64,000 bases of DNA from an uncultured Gammaproteobacteria bacterium (GTDB lineage: Bacteria; Pseudomonadota; Gammaproteobacteria; JACCXJ01): the NCBI GenBank assembly GCA_963764725.1, contig CAVXTM010000012.1, forward strand, positions 32,001 to 96,000. The letters run 5' to 3'. The first letter of the stretch is position 1. The number at the start of each line of letters is the position of its first letter. Made by a program: the position numbers and the translations under genes. The notes beneath the pieces were generated by a model. It did no database searches, was not told where the DNA came from, and saw only the letters and a list, made by a program, of their open reading frames with translations. This document shows positions 62,041-64,000 of this stretch, in pieces.

Positions 62041-62478
62041 TCAGCTACGCATTGATAGCACTGGCACCTCGGAGGTACGAACCACCCGTTCCGCGACGCT
62101 GCCTATCAAGAGGTGGGCAAGGCCTGTTCTACCGTGGGTCCCGATCACGATGAGATCTGCGCCACGCTTTTTAGCTGCACGGGTGATCTCGACATAGGGT
62201 ATGCCTTCATAAAGCGCGGTGGTGATCTTGACAGAGGGATCGGCCGGCTGCCTTATGAACTCATCGAGCTGCCGTTGCAGTCGATTTGACAGCTCGGTTT
62301 CGAAAGCAGGTATGAGCTCATATCCACCCTCGGCCAGTGTATAGGCTGGTAATTGGAAGACATGGATCACATCCAGCTCGGCACCAAGTTGGCCAGCCAG
62401 GGCAAGCCCGTATTCGAAAGCGCGTTTGGAGGTCTCAGAAAAATCTACGGGACAAAGGATGCGACTAATTGTGATCAT
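62041..62478 (-). CDS. Universal stress protein
   Basis: ILCPVDFS, DLIVIGTHGRTG..IGSVAERVVR. Confidence 0.95.
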   Translation of the reverse strand: MITISRILCPVDFSETSKRAFEYGLALAGQLGAELDVIHVFQLPAYTLAEGGYELIPAFETELSNRLQRQLDEFIRQPADPSVKITTALYEGIPYVEITRAAKKRGADLIVIGTHGRTGLAHLLIGSVAERVVRTSEVPVLSMRS

Positions 62479-63353
62479 GGCAACTCTCTCCAACGGTTAT
62501 CGGGAGCATGGGGTGCCGCGCTGCGTATATCTGGCGTGGTATATCAGCACCCGCTCACCTCGCGCGCCCATCCAGGATGGCGATGAGCCGCGCAGACAAA
62601 AGCGCCCGTACCTCGCCATAGCGTAGCCAGCGATACTCATCATGCTCCGGGCGGCTGAGTTCCTCACTGACCGGCAATGTGCCTCCTGCTTCGCCGACCG
62701 CAGCGAGATAGTACCGCGCCACCTTACCGGCACCGTAGGACGGCCAGGAGATTCCATGCCTCTAGGCTACACCCGTATCTCAGTGGATGCCTAGCTGCCC
62801 CCCAGACTGCGAATTGAACGGCGTTCGTTATAAACAGTCCGACGAGCGCAGCGAGTCGAATACACACCGTCCGAGGCGACCAAGAAATTCCATCCGCGTA
62901 GGCTACACCGTAATTGCATTGCGCGGCTAGTCTCACCTTCTATGTCCAGAAAAACCGCGACGAATAGTTTTTGCCGATGACAGTCGTCGAGTTGCTTCGA
63001 CCGTGCACCGCGAGATGATCTTCATCAACGATCGGGCGGCATCAACGTCTTGGCCGGCCCAGTTCCCACCTATCGCTGGCGGGTTGTGCGAATTGATGTG
63101 CGGGAAGTCCCACCCTCGCAGTGACATTCTCGATCCACCGCTCCTCGTATTTCGCCGGTCGAACAAGTACGCTCCAGTAGCCAGAATCACCGCGACAGGT
63201 TCTCCGCGCACGGCGATGCGTTGCGGACCTCAACGGCCGCTTTCTTGATTACTTCGTTCAGATGCCCGTAGGCCTCCTGAAGCTGCCACTCGGTCATTTG
63301 TCACTTACCATGAGACAGCTCCGGTAGCATTAGCTGGACGATCGGCTAATTTC

Positions 63354-64000
63354 TCAGGGCTGCTCCGAATCGGCATCGGTCGTTTCGATAGGGTAGTCCA
63401 TCCGTGCACGACGCGGTGCAGGCGTGGCGCGCCGTCTGTAAATGTTATGCGTGAGATCTGAATCACGCAGCGGTGGTGGTGTGGGCTTGAGCACGACTAG
63501 CCCGTTTGCAACCATGGCTAGCAACGTTTGAAAACCGTGTTCCAAGATAATGATGCCTGGATGCCGGTCCACTTCGGGATAAAGATTGCCGAAACAGGTA
63601 AGGCCCAAGGGGTGACCCTTGCGTAACTCGGCATTGATACCGGCAAACCTCTCAGCCAACGCGGCTCCCTGCCGCTGAAAGGCGAAATGAGCGTAAAGTC
63701 TTGAACGCGGAGTGAGTCGATCGGGATGTTCTAATACACAACCCAGGTCGGTAATGCCTTCACCGATCATAAGGATACTTTGCGGCGCAAGCTCATATTG
63801 TTCGTGCACAGCCCGTAGAGGGCCTGGGTGGGGCTTGGAGTCTTTATACGGACGCAGCAGATTTATGAAGGCGCGCTGATCAGTCGTGGCGTTCGGCCAG
63901 TCAAAGTGTCCTTCCAATTCCTGAACAGAGCTTGAGCGACTCCAGATTTCCTGGATTAGATCGGGATTCTCTCCCGCCCTAATCATACGGTTGACCGCGT
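63354..64000 (-). CDS. Hypothetical protein, probably starting beyond the window (HAD-like C-terminus possible)
   Basis: Open frame; KPHPGPL..ILMIGEGITD resembles HAD motifs III/IV. Confidence 0.5.
   Translation of the reverse strand, partial: AVNRMIRAGENPDLIQEIWSRSSSVQELEGHFDWPNATTDQRAFINLLRPYKDSKPHPGPLRAVHEQYELAPQSILMIGEGITDLGCVLEHPDRLTPRSRLYAHFAFQRQGAALAERFAGINAELRKGHPLGLTCFGNLYPEVDRHPGIIILEHGFQTLLAMVANGLVVLKPTPPPLRDSDLTHNIYRRRATPAPRRARMDYPIETTDADSEQP

Noticed and set aside
1-64000. CRISPR array, rRNA, prophage
   Set aside because: No regular repeat-spacer run, rRNA or phage structural genes seen; the holin-like gene is a YqjE-type stress protein

Overview
GC-rich proteobacterial accessory region with many pseudogenes. 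(1) 0.3-5.6 kb: decaying PQQ methanol-oxidation module with a broken MxaF/XoxF-type dehydrogenase, an intact TonB receptor, a beta-propeller stub and a MoxY-like sensor kinase. A shared ~114-bp promoter element precedes the first two genes. (2) 7-11.6 kb: Fur-boxed hemP cluster and tonB-exbB-exbD, followed by a TIR-TPR gene and an IS630. (3) 15-50.5 kb: general-stress/desiccation island (otsA, CsbD, DUF3309, small lipoproteins, GT4 plus amylo-1,6-glucosidase, Csp3-type copper storage protein, MgtC, dodecin, SOD) around one sigma54 response regulator. The main finding is here: 12 tandem GTAA-N3-TTAC/TTGC sites spaced 20-22 bp apart, most lying ~68 or ~90 bp from one of 14 sigma54 -24/-12 promoters, some with IHF sites. 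Two of these promoters drive paralogous C-rich, terminator-ended candidate small RNAs. (4) 51-64 kb: two apparently identical IS256 copies, gene remnants, a kinase lacking its catalytic Asp and a degenerate tRNA-Arg(CCT). All family calls come from motif recognition by eye; no database searches were run.
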